Below, one piece after another: positions 40,226-51,700 of a stretch of DNA of 64,000 nt. The DNA is from Podarcis gaigeae (lineage: Eukaryota): the NCBI GenBank assembly GCA_964106915.2, contig OZ066919.1. One strand, 5' to 3'. Both the position numbers and the translations under genes were made by a program. The stretch's first letter is position 1. Each line of letters starts with the position of its first letter. Under the pieces are notes generated by a model. The model was not told the origin of the DNA. It made no database searches and saw only the letters and a program-made list of their open reading frames with translations.

Positions 40226-40432
40226 TACAATGGAATGCATGGTTTACTCCTCACTGTCATCACCTGGGTAGGGATTGTCATTTCCCTTGTCTGCCTGGCA
40301 ATTTGCATCTTCACTTTCTGTTTCTTCCGCGGCCTTCAAAGTGACCGGAACACAATTCACAAGAACCTTTGCATCAACCTCCTCATTGCAGAATTTATTT
40401 TCCTAATAGGCATCGATAAGACGGAGTACAAG
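40226..40432 (+). CDS. ADGRL2: ADGRL2 TM1-TM2 exon (207 nt)
   Basis: tccag|TAC ... AAG|gtaagc; [42 protein letters not shown]. Confidence 0.97.
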
Positions 40433-40937
40433 GTAAGCCCTCTATGTTTAACACACATCTGAAGATACCTCACTGAAAGGAATGGTAGCAGTAAAGTATT
40501 TGATGGCCAAAAGAAGTTTCTCAGTTGTCTGCTTTTTTGATGCAACATTTAGCCACTTACTCCATGGACGGGTAGGTTACTCAGGAAATAATGGCAGGCA
40601 GAGAAAAGGTTGAACAACTAATGTCTGAAACTTCTCATTTAGATGCAAAGATGGAAGTATCTCATTCAGCTCGAGAGCATTGAGATTTTGCGTGGAAGAT
40701 AAGTTTACCACTACATATGGCTTAGAATATACTACGCCACAAAGACTTACACCAGTTTAGATTAAACAACAAAAAATATTGATGCCATAGAAGGTACAGG
40801 AGGGTCCGCTGGCACCCACAGGTGTTGCGTTGGCGACCTCTGTTGTAGAGAAAGCAAGAAAACATGCCTGTTCAATGTTGTTAAGTTGGGAACCAGTAGA
40901 AGCTTAATAAGCCTGCCAGAGAGTTTCTTGTCAGGTA

Positions 40938-41625
40938 CAGTGGTGCCTCGCAAGAAGAAATTAATTCGTTCCGCAAGTTTTTTCTTCTTGCGAGTTTTTC
41001 GTCTTGTAAAGCACGGTTTACCATAGGAATGCATTGAAAATCAATTAATGCGTTCCTATGGAGACCGCTTGCCAGGCTGGCGGTGTGGAGAAGGGCTTTT
41101 CTCCCCACCGCAAGCCTTCAGGACAGGTACGGGAACAGAGGCATTCTGAATGTTGGCGGTGGGAAGGAAAACCCTCCTCCCACCGCAAGTCTTCAGGACA
41201 GCCATCCAAAGGCTGCCAGCGGGGCGGAGAGACCTCCTCCCGCCGCCAGCCTTCGGAGCAGCCTTCCGATGGCTGCCGGCGGGGCGGAGAGACCTCCTCC
41301 CGCCGCCAGCCTTCAGAGCAGCCTTCCGATGGCTGTCGGCGGGGTGGATAGACCTCCTCCCACCGCCAGGCTTCGGAGCAGCCTTCCGAAGGCTGGCGGG
41401 GGGAGGAGGTCTCTCCGCCCCACCGCCAGCCTTTGGAGGAGGTCCGAGGACAGTGGGGAAGACGCACTGCGCTTCCCCGCTGTCCCGGAGATTTCCCTAT
41501 GGGCTTTCGTCTTGCGAAGGAAGCCCATAGGGAAATTCGTTTTGCAAAGTGCCTCCAAAACGGAAAACTCTTTCTTCTAGCGGCTTTTCCGTCTTGCGAG
41601 GCGTTCGTCTTGCGGGGCACCACTG
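40938..41625. mobile_element. Non-autonomous Tc1/mariner (Tigger-like) element with internal GC-rich 60-bp minisatellite
   Basis: TIR CAGTGGTGCCTCGCAAGAAGAA / TTCGTCTTGCGGGGCACCACTG (20/22); TA at 40936-37 and 41626-27. Confidence 0.92.
41161..41430. repeat. 60-bp period GC-rich minisatellite, last unit inverted
   Basis: Lines starting 41221, 41281 and 41341 are near-identical; 41385-41421 is the reverse complement of the unit. Confidence 0.9.
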
Positions 41626-42686
41626 TATTGTTTAGCATTTAAGCCACCTATTGACCAACAAGTTTTTCCTTCAATATTGTGTGTGTATAAGGGGAGGGAG
41701 GGAGATCATAGGTGTACAAGTGATGACAATTCAGATTGATGTATGGTAGTTTCTGTTATTTATGATCATTGTTCAAGATCATTTACTGTAATCCAGTGGA
41801 ACAGATTCTGCAGCTCCATTGGGACTAAGGAAGCAGTTAAATGCTTAACTCCCTGTTGGCTGCAGTGGGTTCTTAAATAAACCTGCCTCTTGTCCGGTAG
41901 GTGTACCTAGCGCCCCCAGATACAGGAGAATGTTACACAGAAATAATACACTCCTATCCTTAAGAGATAGAAAGCTATGGAATTCTTTTCCTTTGTGTGT
42001 CTTCACTTCTCATTTCAGATTAGCCTTTTCCTAAATCTCAAGGCATAAGGCTGAACCCATGGTTTTTCTAAAATAAGCTGCCCTTAGAATTGAGTCAGTC
42101 GGTAGGATTTTGTTCTGCACTCATCTACAGAGTGTGGCTAGTGATATGATCGCAGATCTTCCTAAAAATAGAAAAAGCAACGATATTTGATATTTAAAGG
42201 GAAATGGAATATTCTGACAGAGGCATAAGAATTTTCAACAGAAGGTATAAATAATACATCTAGTAGCTGGGGCTCTTTATCTTCTTGTACCAAATCATCT
42301 GCAATATAAGCCTTACAGCAGAGTGTTAACATTGCGCTACCAAAAATTAATGGACTGCTTGCCACACTTGATATTCCATTGCGTCAAAGAATGCTAATAG
42401 GCACATACTTTCCATATCTTAACTCACAGAGTGCAAGAGAGTAGAAGCTGCAGCTACTGGGAACACAATACAGTTTTCAGTAGTTATGAATATGAAGTTT
42501 TATGTTTGGGGGGGCAGTGTGTGTGTGTGTATGGGGTGGGGGTTTCAATTATTGCATATACAGTATGCTGCCATTACAAACCAAGCTGTTAACATCCACA
42601 TTATTTCGTTTTCTGAATACATCAGATGAAGTGGGAAGGTTGAAAAGTGTTGCACCTTGCATTTGATTGTTTCTTTTTCTTTGCAG

Positions 42687-42907
42687 ATTGCATGCCCAAT
42701 ATTTGCAGGCCTCTTACACTTTTTCTTCCTGGCAGCCTTTGCCTGGATGTGCCTAGAAGGGGTGCAGCTCTATCTCATGTTAGTAGAAGTATTTGAAAGT
42801 GAATATTCTAGGAAGAAGTACTACTATGTTGCTGGCTACCTCTTTCCTGCCACTGTTGTTGGTGTCTCGGCAGCTATCGACTACTCCAGCTATGGAGCGC
42901 AAAATGC
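42687..42907 (+). CDS. ADGRL2: ADGRL2 TM3-TM4 exon (221 nt)
   Basis: tgcag|ATT ... GC|gtaagt; [29 protein letters not shown]... Confidence 0.97.
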
Positions 42908-44837
42908 GTAAGTAATTGCTAGTGACCTGAGTGTTGCAGGCGATTTTTTTTTTTTAAAGCGTGTTAGCTGTCAGAGCCCCTGACAGACTAAAATAGCACC
43001 AGAACACTTTATTGGTACGAGAATGGCAAGGCTGTGTGCAAATTCCAATCAGGTCTTTTGTAATTTTCTAGGTTCAGAGAATTTGTACCCTGGAGAGGCA
43101 AGATTCTAAATTACCACCTTTCTTTTTAACACAAAAGATTGACCCGAAACAAATTGGGAGAAAAAGTAAATAACTTTTTGGGCCTCCAATGAATATTAAG
43201 TAAAATCAAACAAAATAAAATTCTACTATACTTAAAAGTATCTGGTTTGCTTTAACCCCCCTGCCCTAGTTTTAAGCTAACACTTCATTAGATTTCTTTG
43301 TTCAGCATGTTTTCTAGCCAGTTCTCTTTCTGGAGAATGATAGTGCAGTGTTTCTGCCCCAGTGGTTCACTTTGATAATATTTATCGGGAAAGAATCGGA
43401 TTAAAATTAGCCCACTGTTTTCTATTTGTAAAAAGTAGGGATATTTATATAAAGTGACAGAAGGTAGACCCCCCCCAATATATATATATATATATATTTC
43501 TGAGGGTTTATGTTGCTAGAGGCATAAATGTGCCTTCCAATAGTTTGTCCTTTGATGAAATTAGTTACAATATGGGCAGATACTGTTGGAATACAAGCAA
43601 GCTGCTTGATTCTGCTGTTGATGGAAGACAAACAAAACCAATTCAGTAGGGAGCTGTGCTATATGAAAAGTGAATCAGTAAGTGAAGTGAGTCCCGATAA
43701 ACTGATGCGTAATTTAGTTTAATCCTGTTTGGGGTTTTTTGTTTTAACTATTAAATTTGCAGCAGCGGGGCTGAGGCATTTTGTTTGCACTATGCTGCTC
43801 TGCAGAAGAAGAAGAAATATGACATTGGCGTTCCTTGGGCATAGTCAAGTGATGGACAGCTAAAAGCATGTTTTAAATGCACAAGGAAAAGCTGTGTGGG
43901 GAGAGGGGGACCCACATCTATACTTTTGCCTGGGTTCACAGCCTATATCAAATACTAACCCAAAAGGAAGTAGAGTTGCTTAATTAAATACCAGGCTTTT
44001 GTGGTTGCCCTGTACTTCCAGGTACCCCTTGGGGTTGATTAGCTGTACCACACAGGGCATCTTTTTAATGCTTGATGCTTTTCAACTTGTTGGTTGACCC
44101 CATTCTAAGGTGAGCTGTACCAGTGGCATCACTATTTTTTTATTTTTTTTTGCATTTCATTGAAAAGAAGGGGGGGGGAGAGAAGGTGGAAATAAATAAG
44201 CTTGAATGAGAAGCATTGAGAAAGGAAAATGGATGTGGCCTTGAGTTTCATTCTGAGATTTGATAGGTTCCAGATTTGAAAAGTGTAAAACATACTGTAG
44301 CACCACCATCAATTGGGAGCGTGGGCGTGCAGGTGGTTTGCAATAGTGTGAAGAAAATGGACTGATAGGCAAGAATTAATGAGCGTAAAGATGAAAGCAG
44401 GTGATCATAAGGAAGTCTTGTTGAACAGCCTTAGTGAAAAGCTCAATAAAGAGACACATTCTCAAGCATATGCTAGTGTTCATGCATTTAACTGAAAGAG
44501 AGAGTTGCACGGCTGATTTTCTCAACGTAGAACACTTATGGTGTGCTAATGCAGTTTCCCTTGGTGACCACGCCATTGAATGATGCTAATCTCCTCCCAC
44601 TTGGCACTCCAAATCATGTTCAGGAATAACATGCAAACAAGGAGGCAAGGCAGCCAGTTGTGTATCCATTTTCAAGAATAGGTTTCATATGGATGTCCAC
44701 ATGGGGTTACTACTTAAAAAAAGTCACATCATAGCCAGTCCATGTGAATAAGTCCTAAGAGATGTCTACTTTCCATTGGTAACATAGAGTGAATGTGCTA
44801 TTCTCACGCCACTTTTCTTCTTTTTTTTCTGTAACAG

Positions 44838-44904
44838 CTGCTGGCTCAAAGTTGACAACTATTTTATCTGGAGCTTCATTGGGCCTGTTACCTTCATTAT
44901 TCTG
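44838..44904 (+). CDS. ADGRL2: ADGRL2 ECL2-TM5 exon (67 nt)
   Basis: aacag|C ... CTG|gtaaga; [22 protein letters not shown]. Confidence 0.96.
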
Positions 44905-45032
44905 GTAAGAATATTCTCTCTTTCCTTTCCGCCCATCTGCCTGCCTCTCTCCCAATCCACTTTATTTATTACAGTGGAAATGACCAAAATACTTTGAAAG
45001 TCAGGTTATATTTGCTGTGAAACTGTCATAGC

Positions 45033-45380
45033 AATAGCCCTTTTGGATAAGACCATAGGCCCATGTTCTCCAGCATCATCTTCTCACTATAACCAACCAG
45101 ATGCTCATGGAAAGCTCACTTCTTGTGGGTTGTCTCCCCCGCAAAAGCAACTGCTGATATGATACCGATACTGGAAGTAGAAGACAGCCATCACAACTTC
45201 TAGCCACTGAAAGTCTTATTTGTCTAACTGCCTTTTAAAGCTATCCAAGTTGGGGGGTGGGGCAGCGCCACGTCATGTGGCAGCAAATTCTACTATGCCC
45301 TGTGTTCATTTTGTCTGTCCCAGTATTCAACACTCCAATGACCTTGGGTTCCAGTATTGGGAGATACGGAAACCTCTCTC
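45033..45380 (-). mobile_element. Older CR1-family 3' fragment
   Basis: ggcccatgttctccagcatc...aaccagatgctcatggaaagctcac...cttttaaagctatccaagttgg. Confidence 0.65.
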
Positions 45381-45556
45381 TGTTGTTTGTACACAAATTG
45401 GCGAATTTCGACCAGAGGCTTTGTACAATTGTGATGGCAAATGAATCACAAGTCTTAGTTTTGATTTGTGCACAGTGCTATCCCCCCCCCCTTGAGATGA
45501 TACTTTTGGGATTTCTGTATTGCCTTCTGGTTTCAGAGCCTTTCAGATATTTTTGT

Positions 45557-45642
45557 AGAATCATAGAGTTGGAAGGGACCCCAAGGGTTGTCTAGTCCAA
45601 CCCCCTGCAATGCGGGAACCACAGCTAAAGTATCCCTGACAT
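45557..45642 (-). mobile_element. CR1 LINE 3' end
   Basis: agaatcatagagttggaagggacccc...tctagtccaaccccctgcaatgc is the reverse complement of the same terminus. Confidence 0.85.
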
Positions 45643-45730
45643 ATCATCATTTATTGAATATTATCTCTGTACCTGCTGAACTAAAGCAGTGCTGTTTTAA
45701 AAGCAGGACTGTTAATAGGCTTTTATTTAT

Positions 45731-45732
45731 TT

Positions 45733-45774
<42 letters not shown>
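45731..45774. repeat. (TTTC)n microsatellite
   Basis: Direct reading. Confidence 0.95.
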
Positions 45775-45775
<1 letters not shown>

Positions 45776-48700
45776 ACTTTACTCTTCATCCAAGAAGTTC
45801 AGAGCTTTGTATAGATGGTTTTCAGGTGGTATCCCGTCAATGTTCTTGTTTAGGAAATGACCCTTTTAATTTTAGCAGTTATCACGTGCCTTCAAACTAT
45901 TCTTCCTCACACATTCTATAATGCAAATGCTAATGATCCTTTTGGGAGGGAAGGTATCATTTTTCATTTTACCAAACATCGCTGCAACATAGCTGATGTG
46001 TTGGTGCAAAATTCAGCCTTGTTCAAGTAGAGATTTATCTTCTTGGAATAGTCTTACAGTCTCAACCTTTAAGCCACTATATGTATTGAGTCGTACCCAT
46101 GGCACCTAATGTCATTCTGTAAAACTGAGTTGCCAATCTTTATCCTTGATTGCCAGTTGAGTCCAGAGAAGGCAGTTTTTTTCTCAGCAAAGCTGTGCGT
46201 TATACGCAGACAAATACTATTTATTTTCCCCATCATGTTCATTGCGTTAATCATACTGTAAATCACATTATTGAAATGTTTTGAAAAGCACTGTACATAA
46301 TGCACAGAATTGAAATCAGTGGCTTGGCTTGCCCCTCCTCCACATTGCAGAACACTCCTGAGAGTCAGGGAACCGACCCCTCTTGCATAGTGTGGGATGT
46401 TGTGCAGAGGAAATCAGTATCACTTGTGACTTATACCAATTCTCCCTTGCCATTGCATCCCATACAACACAACTCATGCCAATCAGGAAGATTAATCTGT
46501 ATGTGCAATATTTATCACTATTGAACAGGGGAAAAAAAACCCTATTTGGCTTGATTATTGGCATATGGTATACACAGATTGCACAACATAGCAGTCTGGT
46601 GGCAAAATCTGATTCTAGCTATTTCACAGTATGGCTGAGGATTTGACAGGAGGTAAAATACTCCTGTGGTTTAAGAGGATTTCTTTCTTCATTCTTGAAG
46701 TTCTCACTGGCATATAAGAAGTGTGCATCATAGAGCAGGTGCATAATTCATAATCACACAACTATAAGGATAGTGTTTTGTTTTTTAAAATTTCTCCTTT
46801 CATCATCTCAAGCAACACGGCTGATAGAAGCGTGTGCAGAGGAAACATGACACAGCAACTTATTTGAGATATGCCACTATATATAATATTGGAAGTGATG
46901 CTCCCACTCTTGACTTTTTAGATCGTAATTAAAAATGGCAGCTTTTAATTCTGTATAGCAGCATGCAGGACTCCTTGGTATTTTTTGAAAGAAACATTAC
47001 AGGCTGAATCATCCAACTGAGCACTTCCTTTCCTCATGGTACAATTTCTGTTGTTCATGCAACACAACACGTAAGCTAGAATCTCAGCGAAATAAGCCAT
47101 AGCCACTTCCTGTCTCTCCAAAGGGGCAAAACATGATTGTTCCACAGTAAGTGAGATAATCTTGCATGTTATGCTTCCCCTTCCTGTTTGAAGCCTGGAG
47201 TGTGGCAACAGAAGTTCTGCCACATCAATAGCAGAGGGCATTGCAGTGTGGCACCACCACTCCTGCTCTCCAGTTGGGCTGCTGTTTACCAGGAGGCAGA
47301 GGAGTAGTTAGCCAGCAGTGAGCTGGTACAGTGCCCAACACACCGGAGGAACCAATCCAGTTCTCCCGCCAGTGCCTCTGTAGTGTGCCAGCCTCACCTC
47401 CTCATTCCTCCTCTCTACCTCCCAGAAAGCAAAAATGGTTAAACAAACCAGAGGTCAGGTGAGTGGTGCCAGGCCACCATGCTGTCTGCTACTGCCTCCT
47501 AAATTATTAAAAATAATAATAATCTCAACAAGTAGAACTTCAGTACGCCAGGGAGAATGTTTCTAGCCCATATTGCACACTTAGAATGCTGAGGACTGTG
47601 AGTGTTTTATGTATTTAAAAATTGCATCTCCTACCTGCAGCCTGAAGTACTAGCCCATTCTGCCACCTCATTCGCATGTAATTCTGTTGCAAATGGACTG
47701 GTCACAGGCGTGGGAATAAAGTGGCTGAAAGTAATGTGAGAGCTAAAGTTCAGTGAGCCAGGGTCTTGGTATGTCTCCTTTCCTCTCCCTCTCTCTCTCT
47801 TTTTTTTTTTTTTACAAAAATAACAGCATCATTTACTGTGAGCAGTACTTTCTTTGGGGTTTTTTCTCTCCCCCCTCCCTCTCTTTCTCTGTCTTTAAAT
47901 AACATTACACTTTGTGTGGGCCTTGGGCATTGAGGCAGATATTGGTGTTTCCTCATAACCAGGTCAGAGTGAAAATCGGGGTGAGGGACATTTAATCATA
48001 TTGACCATGTACAGTCAGAGTCTACTATTATTTACCGGCCATGACATTATTATCCTCCTGCAAATCATTTAGACTGAGAAGTGAAAGGCCTTTGGGAGCA
48101 GTATTCCCAACTTCAAAAAATATGAAACAGCAGGTAGCAATCACTGCACAGTTCCTGGGAGTAATTCTTCTCTGGCAATTGCTTTGCCCTCTAATCGTAC
48201 CGACCAAAAGAAAAGAGAGTGTAATGATTCGAGAACAGTGTAATGTGAACAGTGTAACTGCAGAAGAGGTAAGGGTGTACATTAATGTATATGCGCCATT
48301 CAAGAATTTACCATTACAATCCTTACAAACATATGGCGATGGTTGTATAACAACAACAGCTGTTGCTGTTGCTACTATTTAACAATTTATTTAGCCCCAA
48401 CAATGTGCTGCAATAATCATGGAATATTTGTTAGCTGGAATGCAACTCTCAATGCAGAGTATGCTAGTCGGCCCAATACTGGGCTGCCTTCAACCACATT
48501 ATAGAGAAAGTAGACTACTGTGTATGACTCTGTTAAATACCGTGCACTGAAAATGGAGTTTGTGTTTGTAGTCCTTAACAGAAAAGCTCATAATATGTGA
48601 GCTACTTCTAATGGACTTTCATACTCTACATTATAGGTTGTATCAAGCTTTTTGGGTCACTATTGAGTATGAAACACAGAAAAAACAACAACAACCACCC

Positions 48701-51700
48701 TCATTTCTTCCTTACACGTATGTGGGCACACCCAGCCACGAAAGGCAAACAGCAGATAGTTAATTCTATATTTACCAAAGCAGCTCCTTAGGCGCACTGG
48801 ATACCCACACTATGTAGTTGTCTACATAGCTGTTTTCCAAGTTTGTGTCTGGGCTTAGGTACCGTTGTCTGACGTGAGTGCACACACGCAACCTGAGCCT
48901 TCTTGGATACAGTGAGCAGTCTCTTCCTCCACTTCCAATCTGTCCTGCATGCCCACCTCCAACTCTTGACTGCTCGGACCCATCCTCTTCTCATTTCCTG
49001 GCTCCTGGGTGGCACCCAACCCCAAAAATCTCTGCCCCTCCTCTCCTGGGTTCGCCTCTGCCCCCTTGCCTCCATCACATATTCGTCAGAGTATTTCCAG
49101 TCCCTCTCAATATGTTACCTTGTGCATAACTGTTATCATGTGTACACAGAACAATTAAGAACAATCACACAGTTTTAATTTACTGGCTTTAGAATTTGAG
49201 ATCTTATTCTTTTCCCACCTCCAGCCCACATACACAAAATTGTAGACTCCTTTGGGGGGAAAGACTAATACACCCATTAAGGAACAGTTAGATAAATTAT
49301 AGCCTATACTGATCTTAATTGATAAGTTGCAGAAAATAAAAGCCTGAGTGTCGGTGATTTAATGGACCGCTATCAGCATTTATATGATCTTGAGGCTTTA
49401 GTCCATTGTAATTCAAGCAAAAGATTTATTTAGTACATTCTCAGATAAGATTCTGTGGCCATGATAATCTAATATAAATTTAGGCACTCATGATCTTGTT
49501 GAAATTGGCTGCTAATTTGAGGGAAGGAGATGGGCAGTATAATGTTATTTATTTGTTTTAAAGGAACTGGAAGAAAATTGTGTTTTTTGGGAACAGTAAG
49601 TGTTCAAGGGGAAATGTGCAACCGGACGTTCCATTGACTTCATCCTTTTATAGGAATTTTTGATACACATACCGATTTTTATATAAGCTTTTCTGCCTTC
49701 CTTAAAAATAAGAATTGGGCATATTGGTCAGAATTAGGATCTCATTGTTTTGAATGGGATCAAGCACATACAGCTCTGCACTGCGTTGTTGACTATGTAT
49801 TTCTGTGTTTCTTGATCACAGCCTTTTTATTTATTGCACGCCTTGCTGTTTTTTGCATTTAAAGTAAATATCACTACCCTCCCTTTCCTTGCCATACACC
49901 CACCCGCCCGATGCTTTCCCTCTTAAGGTTAGGTAGGCCCGCCTTCCCAAATAACCTTGCCCGTTCTCGGCACTTCAGATCCTTGAAGGAGAGCGGTTGA
50001 CTTTCCTTTCAGACTACGGGGCACCGGGGTTATTGTATCTATGGAAGAAAGCATGTGTGAGAGTAATGAGCAGTGGAACACCATTAGTATGCCTGAAATG
50101 ATTTAATGAAAGCTTGGATCATGACACGTCAGGAGCTGTTCTTATCATTTGGACAGCTCCATCTGCATCCTTAATAATTAATTAAGTTCAGGGAGAGTTC
50201 AGCTTTGCGCACTCCTTTCGAAGGGCTCCTTCAGACAACACTTCTCGGGCTGCCAGTCCCAGAGAGGAATAGGCTTCTGCTTGGCTAAGAGCAAGGATCT
50301 GCGAGATAGAAGAGCAATTTTAGAGCTTGCCTCTGCCAGGTAACAAAAGCTCCAGGGAGGACAAACAGGGTCAGAACATGTGCAGTTCAGCTAGGTTACC
50401 TCGGAGTGGTGTTTCTGTTCTTCTGTCTTATCATATCCATGTCAGCACTTCAGGCTGTGTGGAATGAATTTTAAGCTGCTAAGCTCAATGTAATTCAATT
50501 GAGCCGCTTGATGGCTTTAATAAAACAAACAGTGCACTCTGGCAAACTCTGGTCAGAAAAGCCCACACTTTTGACTTTTTGTGTTTTGCCTCTTTTCGCT
50601 TTAATATAATTCAAGGAGGTTCGAGGTTGGTTAGACTTGTCATTTGTGTTGCGCTCCTGAGAGAGATTCTCATGAGCCTTAGGAATCGCCTGCAGGAAGA
50701 TGACTGACCCAAAGCATTCTGGATGTGGTTCTGTTTCATGAATAGGGAAACATATGATCTCTAAAGAGACAACATTACTTCTCCTTAGTGATACTGTCCA
50801 TCCAAGACAAAGCAACTTTGCAGTGATAGCATAATAGGCATTGGGCAAATCCTCAGTGTGAATAATGGAAGTTTTAGAAATTTAGGCATAGTTCCTGTGC
50901 TGGCAGTATGGAGAGGGATGTCTAATACTTTATACTTACCACATCCTAGAAAAATGAATTCACCATAATGTGATAAGCTTCTGTGATTCAAGTACATGTT
51001 TCTATAGCTGCAGATGCCTTGTCAGCAATACACCATTCACTCGTTTATTAGTTTGGTTTATCTTCATTTGTATGCCACTATTTGATTATTCAGAGTGACA
51101 TATAGCAAATTAAAATGACCACTTGGTGGAAGCTGGAGAACTGAAACTAACCCTGAATTGAAACCAGTCCCCCACTACTGCCACTGAAGAGGTGATCAGC
51201 ATAAAGGTGACATTGTGCCAGGTTGGGCTTATTACATCTTGGTTTTGTAAGCCTTTCTCTACACACATTGCCTCTTCTCTGCCCCTTTCTCAATTACATC
51301 AGTAACACTTCAATCAACTGTCCTTTCCCATTACATCTGAACTGGGAAACTATGGTTACCAAGTTCTCAAAACACAGCTTGAAGTTGGTTTAAGATCCTA
51401 ACTTTTTCTGTACCTGGTAACCATGGTTTACCAGTTCAGGCACAATGAGAAGCTATGGCTAAGTAAGTGATGTCTTGCTTTAACTGCATCGAGGGAAGGG
51501 GTTGCATATGCAGGCACCAAACTTGTTCACAATATAATATAACAAAGCTTATATCCAAAATATCACTATCCTACACCACACCCAGTTCTACTGGTGCTAC
51601 CGGATGGGCCTTTTAGCATTTCGGACGGCTTTTGTATAATAATAGTGCAGTAGTAGAAATGGTTTTGTTGACTTTAGTTTACAGAGTTCATAACAGTGTA

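Noticed and set aside
41161-41430. CRISPR-like appearance of palindromic repeats
   Set aside because: Units are contiguous tandem copies with no unique spacers, in a vertebrate intron with no cas genes.
41045-41642. Overlapping ORFs in several frames, up to 197 aa, with repeated peptides
   Set aside because: They arise from the stop-poor GC-rich 60-bp minisatellite inside a MITE; no transposase motifs.
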